DNA of 64,000 bases from Candidatus Daviesbacteria bacterium (GTDB taxonomy: Bacteria > Patescibacteriota > Microgenomatia > Daviesbacterales > UBA10151), in contig JACOXI010000006.1 in NCBI GenBank assembly GCA_016176335.1, positions 12,788 to 76,787 of the forward strand, given 5' to 3'. The position numbers and the translations under genes are program-made. The notes beneath the pieces are model-generated. The model made no database searches. It was not told the DNA's origin and saw nothing but the letters and a program-made list of their open reading frames with translations. Positions 31,460-39,784 of this stretch are shown here, piece after piece. Each line of letters opens with the position of its first letter. Within the stretch, counting starts at the first letter, position 1.

Positions 31460-32510
31460 GTTGGTTAACTGGCAAATTACCCTGGTCAGTATCCTGATTG
31501 TCAGTATTGGAATTTTGGTAATTTTTTCATCTTCGAAAGAGCTTGCTTTGCAGCAGACAATCTTTTGTATTTTGGGCTTATTGTTGTTTTTTTTAGTTTC
31601 ACAGTTGGATATTCATTATTTGACGAGCTTGAGTAAACCCGCATATTTTTCAGTGGCCTTCCTTTTAATTGTAGTGTTAATTTTGGGAATAGAAACAAGG
31701 GGATCGGTCAGATGGATTCCTTTAGGATTTATCAATATCCAGCCATCCGAATTTGCCAAACCGGTTCTCGTCTTATTTTTGGCGAATTTTTGGTCGACTA
31801 ATTTGCCTACATGGAGAAATATCTGCAAAAGCTTACTTTGGATACTACCCTTTTTTATTTTGATATTCAGACAACCGGATTTAGGTTCAGCATTAACCAT
31901 TGCAGCCATTTGGCTGGGAATGTTAGTCAGTACAAACATCTCTTTGAGAAAAATTATCGTCATGGTGTTAATTGCCTTTTTTGTACTGCCTATCAGTTGG
32001 ACGGCCCTGCGGGATTATCAGAGACAAAGGATTATAAGTTTTATTACTCCTCAATCAGATCCTTTGGGGTACGGTTATAACCAGATTCAATCAACTATTG
32101 CCGTGGGCTCCGGTCAGCTTTGGGGTCGGGGATTGGGAAGAGGGACGCAATCGAGGCTGCAGTTTCTGCCGGAGTTTAGGACTGATTTTATTTTTGCATC
32201 CATTGCGGAAGAATTAGGTTTTTTAGGCTCGACTCTGATTCTTTCTCTCTATCTTTTTCTGATAGGCTATTGTTTGATGCTAACAGGTAAAATAGCTGAT
32301 CCGGCGAATGTCTTGGCCATAGTAGGAGTAGTATCTATGATCTTATTTCAAACCTCCGTCAATATAGGCATGAACATAGGATTACTGCCAATCACAGGTA
32401 TCACTCTGCCGCTTATTTCGTATGGTGGCAGTTCTTTGATTTCAACTTTCATGCTGTTAGGATTGGTTTCATCGGCTTGGAAGTTTGGGAAAAGGGTTGA
32501 CCCCGCTTAG
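31446..32510 (+). CDS. rodA: SEDS protein RodA
   Basis: QPSEFAK, QPDLG, YQRQRI, GYNQIQS, TGITLPLISYGGS. Confidence 0.92.
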   Translation: MVKLKLVNWQITLVSILIVSIGILVIFSSSKELALQQTIFCILGLLLFFLVSQLDIHYLTSLSKPAYFSVAFLLIVVLILGIETRGSVRWIPLGFINIQPSEFAKPVLVLFLANFWSTNLPTWRNICKSLLWILPFFILIFRQPDLGSALTIAAIWLGMLVSTNISLRKIIVMVLIAFFVLPISWTALRDYQRQRIISFITPQSDPLGYGYNQIQSTIAVGSGQLWGRGLGRGTQSRLQFLPEFRTDFIFASIAEELGFLGSTLILSLYLFLIGYCLMLTGKIADPANVLAIVGVVSMILFQTSVNIGMNIGLLPITGITLPLISYGGSSLISTFMLLGLVSSAWKFGKRVDPA

Positions 32511-32520
32511 CGGGGTTGAC
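32494..32520. repeat. GC hairpin with 8-bp direct repeats
   Basis: GGGTTGAC-CCCGCTTAGCG-GGGTTGAC; contains the rodA stop and the rplU -35 box. Confidence 0.7.
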
Positions 32521-32551
32521 TCCCAATCTCAAGAGAGGTAAAATCATCTCC

Positions 32552-32857
32552 ATGTTAAGTTACGCAGTTTGTGAAATAGGTGGAAAACAATATAAAGTTT
32601 TGCCAAACATTCCCTTTAATGTTGATTACCGGGGAAAGGAAGGTTTGGACATTGAGGCAAACGTCATGCTGTTGGCAAAAGATGGAAAATTGCATCTGGG
32701 AAAGCCCTATCTTAAGGAAAAACTTACTTTAAAATTTGTAGAAAACAAAAAGGGCGCGAAAATTAGAGTCAGCAAGTATCACGCAAAAGCCAATTACAGA
32801 AGGACAACGGGAATAAGGCCCAAATTTACCACCTTGATTTTATCTGTGAAAAATTGA
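32552..32857 (+). CDS. rplU: 50S ribosomal protein L21
   Basis: YAVCEIGGKQYKV, GKPY; promoter TTGACT-17-TAAAAT ends 7 nt before ATG 32552. Confidence 0.95.
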   Translation: MLSYAVCEIGGKQYKVLPNIPFNVDYRGKEGLDIEANVMLLAKDGKLHLGKPYLKEKLTLKFVENKKGAKIRVSKYHAKANYRRTTGIRPKFTTLILSVKN

Positions 32858-32904
32858 AGTATTGACTAAAATTTTCACAACTATTAGAATCAAACCAAAC
32901 ATAC

Positions 32905-33150
32905 ATGGCACATAAAACAGGCGGCGGAAGTACCAGAAAAAATAAAGACTCTATTTCAAAGCGTTTGGGCGTTAAAAAGTATGGTGGGGAAAAAGTTATT
33001 CCGGGCAATATTATTGCTCGGCAAAAGGGCAATAAATTTTATGCGGGAGCCGGCACAAAGCAAGGCAAAGACTATACCATATTTGCCACCATTACCGGCA
33101 AAGTGGAGTTTAAAAAGAGATTAAATAAGACTTTAATTAATGTTATTTAA
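32905..33150 (+). CDS. rpmA: 50S ribosomal protein L27
   Basis: [31 protein letters not shown]. Confidence 0.97.
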   Translation: MAHKTGGGSTRKNKDSISKRLGVKKYGGEKVIPGNIIARQKGNKFYAGAGTKQGKDYTIFATITGKVEFKKRLNKTLINVI

Positions 33151-33153
33151 ATA

Positions 33154-34005
33154 ATGGAAGAATCTATCTACGAGTTGGAAATAGACCTTTTGCAGCCTAA
33201 TCCTTTGCAGCCAAGAGGTTTAATCACCCCCGAATCTTTAGCGGAGCTGGCGGATTCTATCAAAGTACACGGCATACTGGAGCCTTTGGTGGTTGCCAAA
33301 ACACCCGCCGGTTATCAAATAATTGCCGGTGAGCGAAGATGGAGAGCCTCAAAAGTGGTGGGACTCGTCAAAGTACCGGTCATCATCCGTGAAACTACTC
33401 CGCAAGGTATGTTTGAGATGGCAATTGTGGAAAATGTACAAAGAATTGATCTGAATCCCTTGGAGCGCGCACAAGCATACAGAAGGCTGATGGACGAGTT
33501 TGGCTTGACTAATTCGGAGATTTCCGAAAGAGTGTCCAAAAGTCCTTCTTATATCTCCAATACAATCAGACTGCTGACCTTGCCCGATGCCTTAAAAGAT
33601 GCCTTAATGTCCGGTGCCACCACAGAAGGTCATGCAAGGGCCCTGGCTGCTTTGGAAGACCCTCATCTGGTAATTAACGCCTATAAGGAGGTGTTGAAAA
33701 GAAACCTGTCGGTCCGTGGCACGGAAGAGTTAGTCAGAAGATTGAGAGCACAACAGGGGATTGGGCCCAAAAGATCAGCTGTTGTTGAAACAATGCATAT
33801 ATTATCGGAACAGCTGGACAAGGTACAAAACGATCTGACTTCGACTTTGTCAAATAAAGTAGATAAGGCCCAAGTGAAATGTTCACAAACCGGTCAAAGG
33901 GCAAAAGTAGAGCTTGTATTGGAAGGGAATCCGGAAAAAACTACACCTCTCTTGGAGGATATCCGTCAGGCTATTGTCGGATATTTCAACCTTAAAGAGA
34001 ATTAG
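33154..34005 (+). CDS. parB: ParB/Spo0J partition protein
   Basis: PNPLQPR, IAGERRWRA, VENVQR, HTH. Confidence 0.93.
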   Translation: MEESIYELEIDLLQPNPLQPRGLITPESLAELADSIKVHGILEPLVVAKTPAGYQIIAGERRWRASKVVGLVKVPVIIRETTPQGMFEMAIVENVQRIDLNPLERAQAYRRLMDEFGLTNSEISERVSKSPSYISNTIRLLTLPDALKDALMSGATTEGHARALAALEDPHLVINAYKEVLKRNLSVRGTEELVRRLRAQQGIGPKRSAVVETMHILSEQLDKVQNDLTSTLSNKVDKAQVKCSQTGQRAKVELVLEGNPEKTTPLLEDIRQAIVGYFNLKEN

Positions 34006-34008
34006 TTG

Positions 34009-34596
34009 CTACTTATTATTTACAAATCCGATACTTTGAGGCGGCCAGTATCTAAAAAAAGCTTTCCCGATGATTTCTTTTTTGGTCACACCTCCCCATT
34101 CCCTTGAATCCGAAGAATGCTGCCGATTATCACCCATAACAAAGTACTGGTCAGGGCCGGCTCTGACTGTTTGACCTTCGGATAAAAAGGAGCCATCTTC
34201 TGTTTTGGTTCCCGCAGGCAAATAGGTTTCATTCATTGCGACATCATTGACAAAGATGGTGTTGTTTTCCAGTCTGATGGTGTCTTTGGGCAGGGCAATT
34301 ATTCTTTTGATGAAGTCTTGTGATTCGTCCCTGGGATTTTTTAAGACAATAACATCTCCCCTTTTAGGAGTGCCAAATCTGTAACTTACTTTTTCCGTAA
34401 TGATGTAATCCCCATTGTGAAAGGTGGGGAGCATGGAGTTTCCGGACACTTTGTGGAATTGGGCAACGAACAAATATATCATGAAAAAAATCGCAACAAA
34501 AACCACAACTGTTTCAATAATTTCTATAAAATAACCGCCTATTTTATCAAAGAAACCTTTCTCTTCTCCGTAGTTTGGATAAGTATTCGGATCCAT
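34009..34596 (-). CDS. lepB: Signal peptidase I
   Basis: SGNSMLPT, FIKRII, MGDNRQHSSDSR. Confidence 0.95.
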   Translation of the reverse strand: MDPNTYPNYGEEKGFFDKIGGYFIEIIETVVVFVAIFFMIYLFVAQFHKVSGNSMLPTFHNGDYIITEKVSYRFGTPKRGDVIVLKNPRDESQDFIKRIIALPKDTIRLENNTIFVNDVAMNETYLPAGTKTEDGSFLSEGQTVRAGPDQYFVMGDNRQHSSDSREWGGVTKKEIIGKAFFRYWPPQSIGFVNNK

Positions 34597-34663
34597 GTTT
34601 TTGATTATCTCAAAGGAGTAAGTTGTGACGCAAGAGGGGGGATGTTAAAATTGTGTAAGTTTC

Positions 34664-34735
34664 GGACGGATAGCTCAGTGGTAGAGCGCTGCATTCACAT
34701 TGCAGATGCCGTGGGTTCAAATCCCTCTCCGTCCA
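34664..34735 (+). tRNA. tRNA-Val(CAC)
   Basis: Cloverleaf GGACGGA..TAGCTCAGTGGTAGAGC, anticodon arm CTGCA-TTCACAT-TGCAG, GGTTCAAATCC; CCA not encoded. Confidence 0.95.
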
Positions 34736-34811
34736 CAGATTAGAATGTCTCAAATTGACTGACAGCTTGCCTGTATTTACAAAAATCACAATCTTTGTTT
34801 GCACTGGGCAT

Positions 34812-35201
34812 TTATCTAGATTTTAATTCTAAATCTTCTTTTTGAAGATCGAACTTTACCACAAATTTATCAAAAAAACCTTTCTGTCCGACAATCCCAT
34901 AAGCAGAACCTCTCATAGACATAAATCCTACTTCAGTTTTATATTCTATTCCCCCTACTTTTATTGAAATATTGTGAAGATAATAAAATTCCGGAAAACC
35001 TGTCAAACCGGAAACTTCTCGACGTTCTCCTTTAACTACATCTATTCGTAAAATTTCAGCAATATGTGCGTCAAATATACAAATATCTGCTCCTGAATCA
35101 ACTAAAACTTCATAAGGAACTTCTGTATCTTGTCTGATAACTTCAATTGGAATTACAGGACGAAGTACTCCGGGGCCGTACTTTTTATATCTAAATTTCA
35201 T
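34812..35201 (-). CDS. Retropepsin-like (clan AA) aspartyl protease
   Basis: VLVDSGAD catalytic motif, GIVGQ..FF C-terminal motif. Confidence 0.85.
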   Translation of the reverse strand: MKFRYKKYGPGVLRPVIPIEVIRQDTEVPYEVLVDSGADICIFDAHIAEILRIDVVKGERREVSGLTGFPEFYYLHNISIKVGGIEYKTEVGFMSMRGSAYGIVGQKGFFDKFVVKFDLQKEDLELKSR

Positions 35202-35395
35202 TGATTAGAACCAACATATGAGGTTAGTTTAGAGGGTAATCTGGTTAAAATAGGTTTATCATAACCCAATTTACGTGCTTTATCCCAGACTAATTTAGCA
35301 GTTCTACCACTTGCCAAAACAGTCTTCTCATCACGCTTTAAAGCTACCCAAAGGCCTTTATATTTTTTATAAATATGCGTCCAGTCAATTGCCAT
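35198..35395 (-). CDS. DUF5678-like small protein
   Basis: KYKGLWVAL...VLASG...VW..A...G...P; overlaps the protease start by 4 nt. Confidence 0.75.
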   Translation of the reverse strand: MAIDWTHIYKKYKGLWVALKRDEKTVLASGRTAKLVWDKARKLGYDKPILTRLPSKLTSYVGSNQ

Positions 35396-35588
35396 AAGCA
35401 AATAATATCACAATTTTGTAAGTTTTTTGCAAGTTATTTCAATTATCTAACTCTCTTTTGAGCCAAAAAGTTCTCAAAATAAAAGCTATCTAACGTCAGG
35501 TGTTGGTAATCCAAAGTGCAAAGTCAGTCCACATCGAAAGTGGCTACCCGGATTTATTCTCCTAATTTTTTAATTGGCCAATTATTTT

Positions 35589-36041
35589 TCATTTTCTTTT
35601 TAATGGATCAAGTAAAGTATGCAAAATCATATACGGGATTCTATCTAGCTTTACATATTTAAACATTTTGTAGTTTGCTCTTCTTGCGGTAGAAGAAAGC
35701 TGATATTTCTGAATATTGCCCTTAGCGATGAACGGATAAAATCTTATTTCTCTGCGGAAACCGGCTTTTGTCTCCCATCTAAAGTTTATAAATAAAGGAG
35801 GTGATAGATGTCCCGCTTTTAAAACTTTTTCATAAATGTCCCAACCTGCTCCATAAATTGAAGCCTGTGGTTTATTGCTAACAGTTTTTACCTGAGCACG
35901 GAATAAACAACGTGAACATTGGATATCATACATTGGAAACCCTGCTGGTAGTAAAACTAATTCCTTCCCACAATTTGGACAGGGTATTAGTTCGCAAACC
36001 TCTTTTTCTCCTAAATCTCCTGTGAGTTTGTTATTCGCCAT
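35589..36041 (-). CDS. DpnI/Dam-replacing-family catalytic domain without winged helix
   Basis: CPNCG, P.YD..C..C, QVK, I.GAGW, LSSTARRA..., LDRIP parallel the DpnI N-terminal PD-(D/E)XK domain as recalled. Confidence 0.7.
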   Translation of the reverse strand: MANNKLTGDLGEKEVCELIPCPNCGKELVLLPAGFPMYDIQCSRCLFRAQVKTVSNKPQASIYGAGWDIYEKVLKAGHLSPPLFINFRWETKAGFRREIRFYPFIAKGNIQKYQLSSTARRANYKMFKYVKLDRIPYMILHTLLDPLKRK

Positions 36042-36042
36042 A

Positions 36043-36345
36043 CTATGGTTTTAACCCCCTCCCTGTTTTTGCAGAGGTATACTCAATTTTTGTAGGCGTA
36101 ACCTGTGCTAAAATAGGTGTTGCATCATTTCTTTCTGCACGAGACACCAAATTTTGCCGCTCTCTAGAAGAAAGTCCCGCCGGTTTTCCTAGTCCAGAAT
36201 ATTTAACCTGTGTCATCCACTCTTTGCCGCTTTTCCAGTTGGCAATCACATCAGCAGACCCACGACTTCCCGGTGATTGCTGGACGCTAGCTCCGGCTCT
36301 GCGTAGAGAATTTGCAACTCTATCTTCCGCTTTCAGTCCCTTCAC
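36043..36345 (-). CDS. Hjc-like minimal PD-(D/E)XK nuclease
   Basis: KG..AE..V...L...G..V..SPGS.G..DVIA...QVK; GTG start overlapping the upstream TAG. Confidence 0.7.
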   Translation of the reverse strand: MKGLKAEDRVANSLRRAGASVQQSPGSRGSADVIANWKSGKEWMTQVKYSGLGKPAGLSSRERQNLVSRAERNDATPILAQVTPTKIEYTSAKTGRGLKP

Positions 36346-36692
36346 TAATACCACCCCCTTCCAGTATTAAAAATATTACAATTTGGACATTGCCAATCAG
36401 AATTATTCCCTCTATCTGGATGGTTTTGATTATCAGAAGGATTATAAACATGATACCAGCGACATTCAAGATCAAAAGCACTTTTTGCTGAATTTGAGTT
36501 TTCAAACCAAAAGTGAGTATACCTTCCGGTATTATTATTAACATGCTGATTCAACCGTTGAGCTAAATTAACATCTGATCGACCGACATAATGCCCAGTT
36601 GTTCCATCCCTCGATAAGATATAGGCTCCAGCAGAGACCCAGGATACATAACTATTTACGTTTTGCGTATTTAATTGATATGGACCACTCAT
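36345..36692 (-). CDS. GIY-YIG family nuclease
   Basis: GAY-x10-YVGRS, NL..RL..H, conserved E (LEC) and N; C-terminal CPNC. Confidence 0.75.
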   Translation of the reverse strand: MSGPYQLNTQNVNSYVSWVSAGAYILSRDGTTGHYVGRSDVNLAQRLNQHVNNNTGRYTHFWFENSNSAKSAFDLECRWYHVYNPSDNQNHPDRGNNSDWQCPNCNIFNTGRGWY

Positions 36693-37354
36693 TAAATTTC
36701 ACCACCTTCCAAGTTTTGCTGAGGTTTAAAAACTCCCACAGCTACACCATCTATATTAAACAATTCGTCCTTAGCAGATTTATCAAAAACTAATGGTTGA
36801 TATTGCGGATTTTCCGGCTCAAGAATTATTTGAGTTCCTGTTTCTTTATAACGCTTAACTGTTGCTCCCTCTCTAGTCCGGGCAACGACTATGGAGTTAG
36901 GGGTAGGTACTGGATTTGGTTCGAATATTATAATGTCCCCATCCTGAATTCGAGGATACATGCTATCACCGACTGCAGTTATGAGATAAAGCTGTCTTTT
37001 GCTATTCTTTCCAAGAAGTCGAAGAGGAATTGGCAACATTTTTTCAGTAAACTCTTCCACTATCTGTTCCATGGGTGGACCACATCTTGCGCTTCCTAGA
37101 AGTGGAAGGAAAGAAACTGCTCCGGTTGCATCCTCTAAAGAATTTACTCGTATAACTTTTCCAGAAGCATCTCTAACGATTAAACCCAAGTTTTCAAGTG
37201 TTTTGATATGGTAAAAAACTGCATTTGGAGATTCAAAACCCAGTTCATCTGCTATATCGCTCATAGATAAAGTACTCCCATGGGCTAGAGCAGAACGTAA
37301 AAGTTCCATAATTTTTTGCTGTGGCGGTGTTAATCCTTTGGATGGCTTTAACAT
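36692..37354 (-). CDS. lexA: LexA-type S24 self-cleaving repressor (copy 1)
   Basis: N-terminal wHTH, Cys-Gly cleavage site (ARCGPP), GDSM Ser, TVKR Lys, LEPENP; start ATG 37354. Confidence 0.88.
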   Translation of the reverse strand: MLKPSKGLTPPQQKIMELLRSALAHGSTLSMSDIADELGFESPNAVFYHIKTLENLGLIVRDASGKVIRVNSLEDATGAVSFLPLLGSARCGPPMEQIVEEFTEKMLPIPLRLLGKNSKRQLYLITAVGDSMYPRIQDGDIIIFEPNPVPTPNSIVVARTREGATVKRYKETGTQIILEPENPQYQPLVFDKSAKDELFNIDGVAVGVFKPQQNLEGGEI

Positions 37355-37358
37355 ATCA

Positions 37359-37393
37359 TTGTATATTTTAGCAATACAACCAAGAAAATGCAA
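37359..37393 (-). promoter_or_regulatory. Sigma70 promoter of lexA-1 with overlapping inverted repeat
   Basis: TTGCAT-17-TAAAAT; TTGTAT-N9-ATACAA (37359-37379) brackets the -10 box. Confidence 0.7.
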
Positions 37394-37402
37394 GGAGCTA
37401 TT

Positions 37403-37570
37403 TTAAAGTTCTTGAATATTTTTCGTTTGAATACCTATTTCTTTCTCTGCTTCCTGGATTTCTTCCAAAATCTCTTTTGGATCTCGGTGGTTTGTATCTG
37501 ATCCAGATCCTGCTGGTTTGTAGGCACTGGCAGAGAGAATGTAGTTATTTTCTTCTTGGCCTTTTTCTGC
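37403..37570 (-). pseudogene. C-terminal relic of a type I R-M M subunit (HsdM-like)
   Basis: Start-less open frame EENNYILSASAYKP...HRDPKEILEEIQEAEKEI...QEL*, resembling HsdM C-termini. Confidence 0.6.
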
Positions 37571-37575
37571 TTATT

Positions 37576-38166
37576 TTATTTCTTCCATTCGATATGGCCA
37601 TTTACATTATGTTTCTCATAAACTTCTAAAACTTCTGTCACAAAGGCTAATACTTCCTGATGCCCTTCTTTTTTGGCCAATTTATACATTCTGATAAACA
37701 TCTTTTTACCGGATTCAGTTTGTTTTAGGTTTTTCTTAAGAAAGTTGCAGCGACTACAAAGCGTCTGGCCGTTATCGATAGTAGATTTTCCACCCTGATC
37801 TCTTGGAATCACATGATCTACATGTAATACTGCTCCTTCTCTGGTTCCCATCCCACATTGCACACATTTATATTTGTCTCTTTCGAAAATTGTTTTCTTT
37901 TGAGCAGGGGTAAAACTATCTAATTGGCGTTGGTCAACAAATCGTGGATCATACCTATAAATTCCTGTGCGTATTTTAATAAGGTAACCACTTTGGTGCA
38001 GTTGTCTTATTTGGCGATCAGGATCGCGAAAGATTTTACCTGTTCTTTTCTTATATTTATCAGTTGCCCAATCTACTATTTCCGGATGTGAAATATCCCG
38101 ATTGGGGTTTTTCTTAAAAAACTCCATAATCAGTCTTGCTTGGGATATACTATTTTTATTATTCAT
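37576..38166 (-). CDS. HNH endonuclease, probable REase partner of the adjacent MTase
   Basis: IFERD..CVQCG, LHVDHVIP..GG....N.Q.LC..CN..K. Confidence 0.88.
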   Translation of the reverse strand: MNNKNSISQARLIMEFFKKNPNRDISHPEIVDWATDKYKKRTGKIFRDPDRQIRQLHQSGYLIKIRTGIYRYDPRFVDQRQLDSFTPAQKKTIFERDKYKCVQCGMGTREGAVLHVDHVIPRDQGGKSTIDNGQTLCSRCNFLKKNLKQTESGKKMFIRMYKLAKKEGHQEVLAFVTEVLEVYEKHNVNGHIEWKK

Positions 38167-38173
38167 TGCTTAA

Positions 38174-39010
38174 TTAGAAAAGATTTTCTTGGTCAATCTT
38201 TGCTTCAAGTTTTAATCGTTTAATGGCTAAATCACAATATTCCTTATCGATATCTACACCTAGGCCCTTACGGTTATTTAAAGAAGCAGCAATCAGTGTT
38301 GTTCCACTACCCAGAAATGGATCTAAAACAACATCACCAATAAAACTAAATAACTTAATACATCTTCTTGGTAACTCTATGGGGAATGGTGCTGGATGAC
38401 CAATTTTCTTTTTGCTTTCACCGTTAAAAGTCCATATCCCGTTTGTCCATTCCATAAATTCTTGCTTTGTGATGTCATTTTTTCTACTCCCTCCTGTTTT
38501 TTTCCAACTATCTTTATACAAAACCAAAATCAACTCTACCGGAGCAATAACATAAGGAGCGGAAGCAGACATAAACGAACCCCAAGCGGTGCGACGAGAT
38601 ATGTTTCCTTCGTTCCAAATAATCGTTGAATGATACTTCCAACCAACATCTTTTGCAATTTTTGTAATGTCCGCGCCAACTGATTTTTGTCCGCCTTTAT
38701 TTTTATCAAGTGGAATATTTAGTAAAAAACGCCCTTCATTTTTTGCCAAGTCAAAACATTTCTTAATCCACTTTTGAGTAAATTCTAAATAATCCTCATA
38801 AGTCAGATCATCAGCATGGGAATTGTAGTGAATATCAACATTATAGGGCGGTGAAGTAACGATTAGATCAATACAAGATTTAGGAATGGCTGTAATCTTC
38901 AAAAAATCTTCGTTGTAAACAAGGATATCCTTACTCTTAAAGTAAGGTCCTTTTGTCTTACTTGTGAAATTTACCTCTTCTGATTGATAGTTTACCATTA
39001 TATTCCCCAT
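38174..39010 (-). CDS. Beta-class amino DNA methyltransferase (probably m4C)
   Basis: TSPPY precedes HPAPFP and DPFLGSGTT. Confidence 0.92.
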   Translation of the reverse strand: MGNIMVNYQSEEVNFTSKTKGPYFKSKDILVYNEDFLKITAIPKSCIDLIVTSPPYNVDIHYNSHADDLTYEDYLEFTQKWIKKCFDLAKNEGRFLLNIPLDKNKGGQKSVGADITKIAKDVGWKYHSTIIWNEGNISRRTAWGSFMSASAPYVIAPVELILVLYKDSWKKTGGSRKNDITKQEFMEWTNGIWTFNGESKKKIGHPAPFPIELPRRCIKLFSFIGDVVLDPFLGSGTTLIAASLNNRKGLGVDIDKEYCDLAIKRLKLEAKIDQENLF

Positions 39011-39025
39011 AATTATTTTTCCTAA

Positions 39026-39661
39026 TTACCCATTGATTTTACTCTTCCCAAGTATACCTACAACTTTACCTTTCAAAGTTACCCTTTCCGTAAAATAGAT
39101 AATATCATACTTGGGATTTTCTGGTTTTAAGTACAAATAGGGCGGTTTATCTTCCGACATAAATCTTTTAACAGTTGTTTCACCATCCACATCTGCCAAA
39201 ACTATATCTCCGGATGAAAACTCTTTGGCACTTTTAACCAAAACTATATCTCCACCTTCAATCCCCGCATTAATCATGGAATCTCCGGAAATTTTTAGAA
39301 TAAATACTTCATCTTGCAAACGGGCAACATCAGGTGAAATTGTTTGCCACTGCCCACCAATCTCTACAGCAGAAATCGGAGAGCCAGCATGGGTAATGCC
39401 CAAAAAAGGAACAAAAGGAGGTTTACCAAGTACCTCGTAGCCTAAAGGTAAAATAGCTATTCCTCTGGCTTGAGATTCGTTACGCTTTATAAGCTGTTGA
39501 TCTTCCAGTTTAACGAGTAGATCGAGTATTGATTGGTTAGAAACTACACCAAGGCTGCTTTTCATTTCCTCAAAAGAAGGGGGGTAACCTGTGTCTTTGA
39601 TATATTTATATATCACATCAAGAAGCTGTTTTTGCCTTTCGGTAAGAGAAGATTTACCCAT
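39026..39661 (-). CDS. lexA: LexA-type S24 self-cleaving repressor (copy 2)
   Basis: LTERQ..GYPPS..E, Ala-Gly site (HAGSP), GDSM, TVKR, LKPENP. Confidence 0.9.
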   Translation of the reverse strand: MGKSSLTERQKQLLDVIYKYIKDTGYPPSFEEMKSSLGVVSNQSILDLLVKLEDQQLIKRNESQARGIAILPLGYEVLGKPPFVPFLGITHAGSPISAVEIGGQWQTISPDVARLQDEVFILKISGDSMINAGIEGGDIVLVKSAKEFSSGDIVLADVDGETTVKRFMSEDKPPYLYLKPENPKYDIIYFTERVTLKGKVVGILGKSKING

Positions 39662-39667
39662 AAATTC

Positions 39668-39697
39668 AATATACTAGACCATATAGTCGGGTGTCAA
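39668..39697 (-). promoter_or_regulatory. Leaderless sigma70 promoter of lexA-2 with spacer palindrome
   Basis: TTGACA-18-TATATT, 6 nt before ATG; GACCATATAGTC (39677-39688) near-palindrome in the spacer. Confidence 0.7.
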
Positions 39698-39745
39698 GAG
39701 GGGAAAATCCGGTTTCCTCTTGTATCTGCTTCATTTAAACTCATA

Positions 39746-39775
39746 TTTTCTTCCCCATATTAAACCATACTTTAA
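39746..39775. repeat. Direct repeat copy 1 flanking the RhuM-family gene
   Basis: TTTTCTTCCCCATATTAAACCATACTTTAA. Confidence 0.85.
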
Positions 39776-39784
39776 GAATTTATT

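Noticed and set aside
33154-34005. parS site or plasmid-type par locus
   Set aside because: No TGTTTCACGTGAAACA-like palindrome seen and no adjacent parA; treated as chromosomal parB
34417-34804. ORFs 34417-34743 and 34610-34804
   Set aside because: Shadows of lepB and tRNA-Val
39746-39775. dif/Xer site
   Set aside because: Lacks a convincing TTATGTTAAAT XerD arm and inverted-arm symmetry; kept only as a direct repeat
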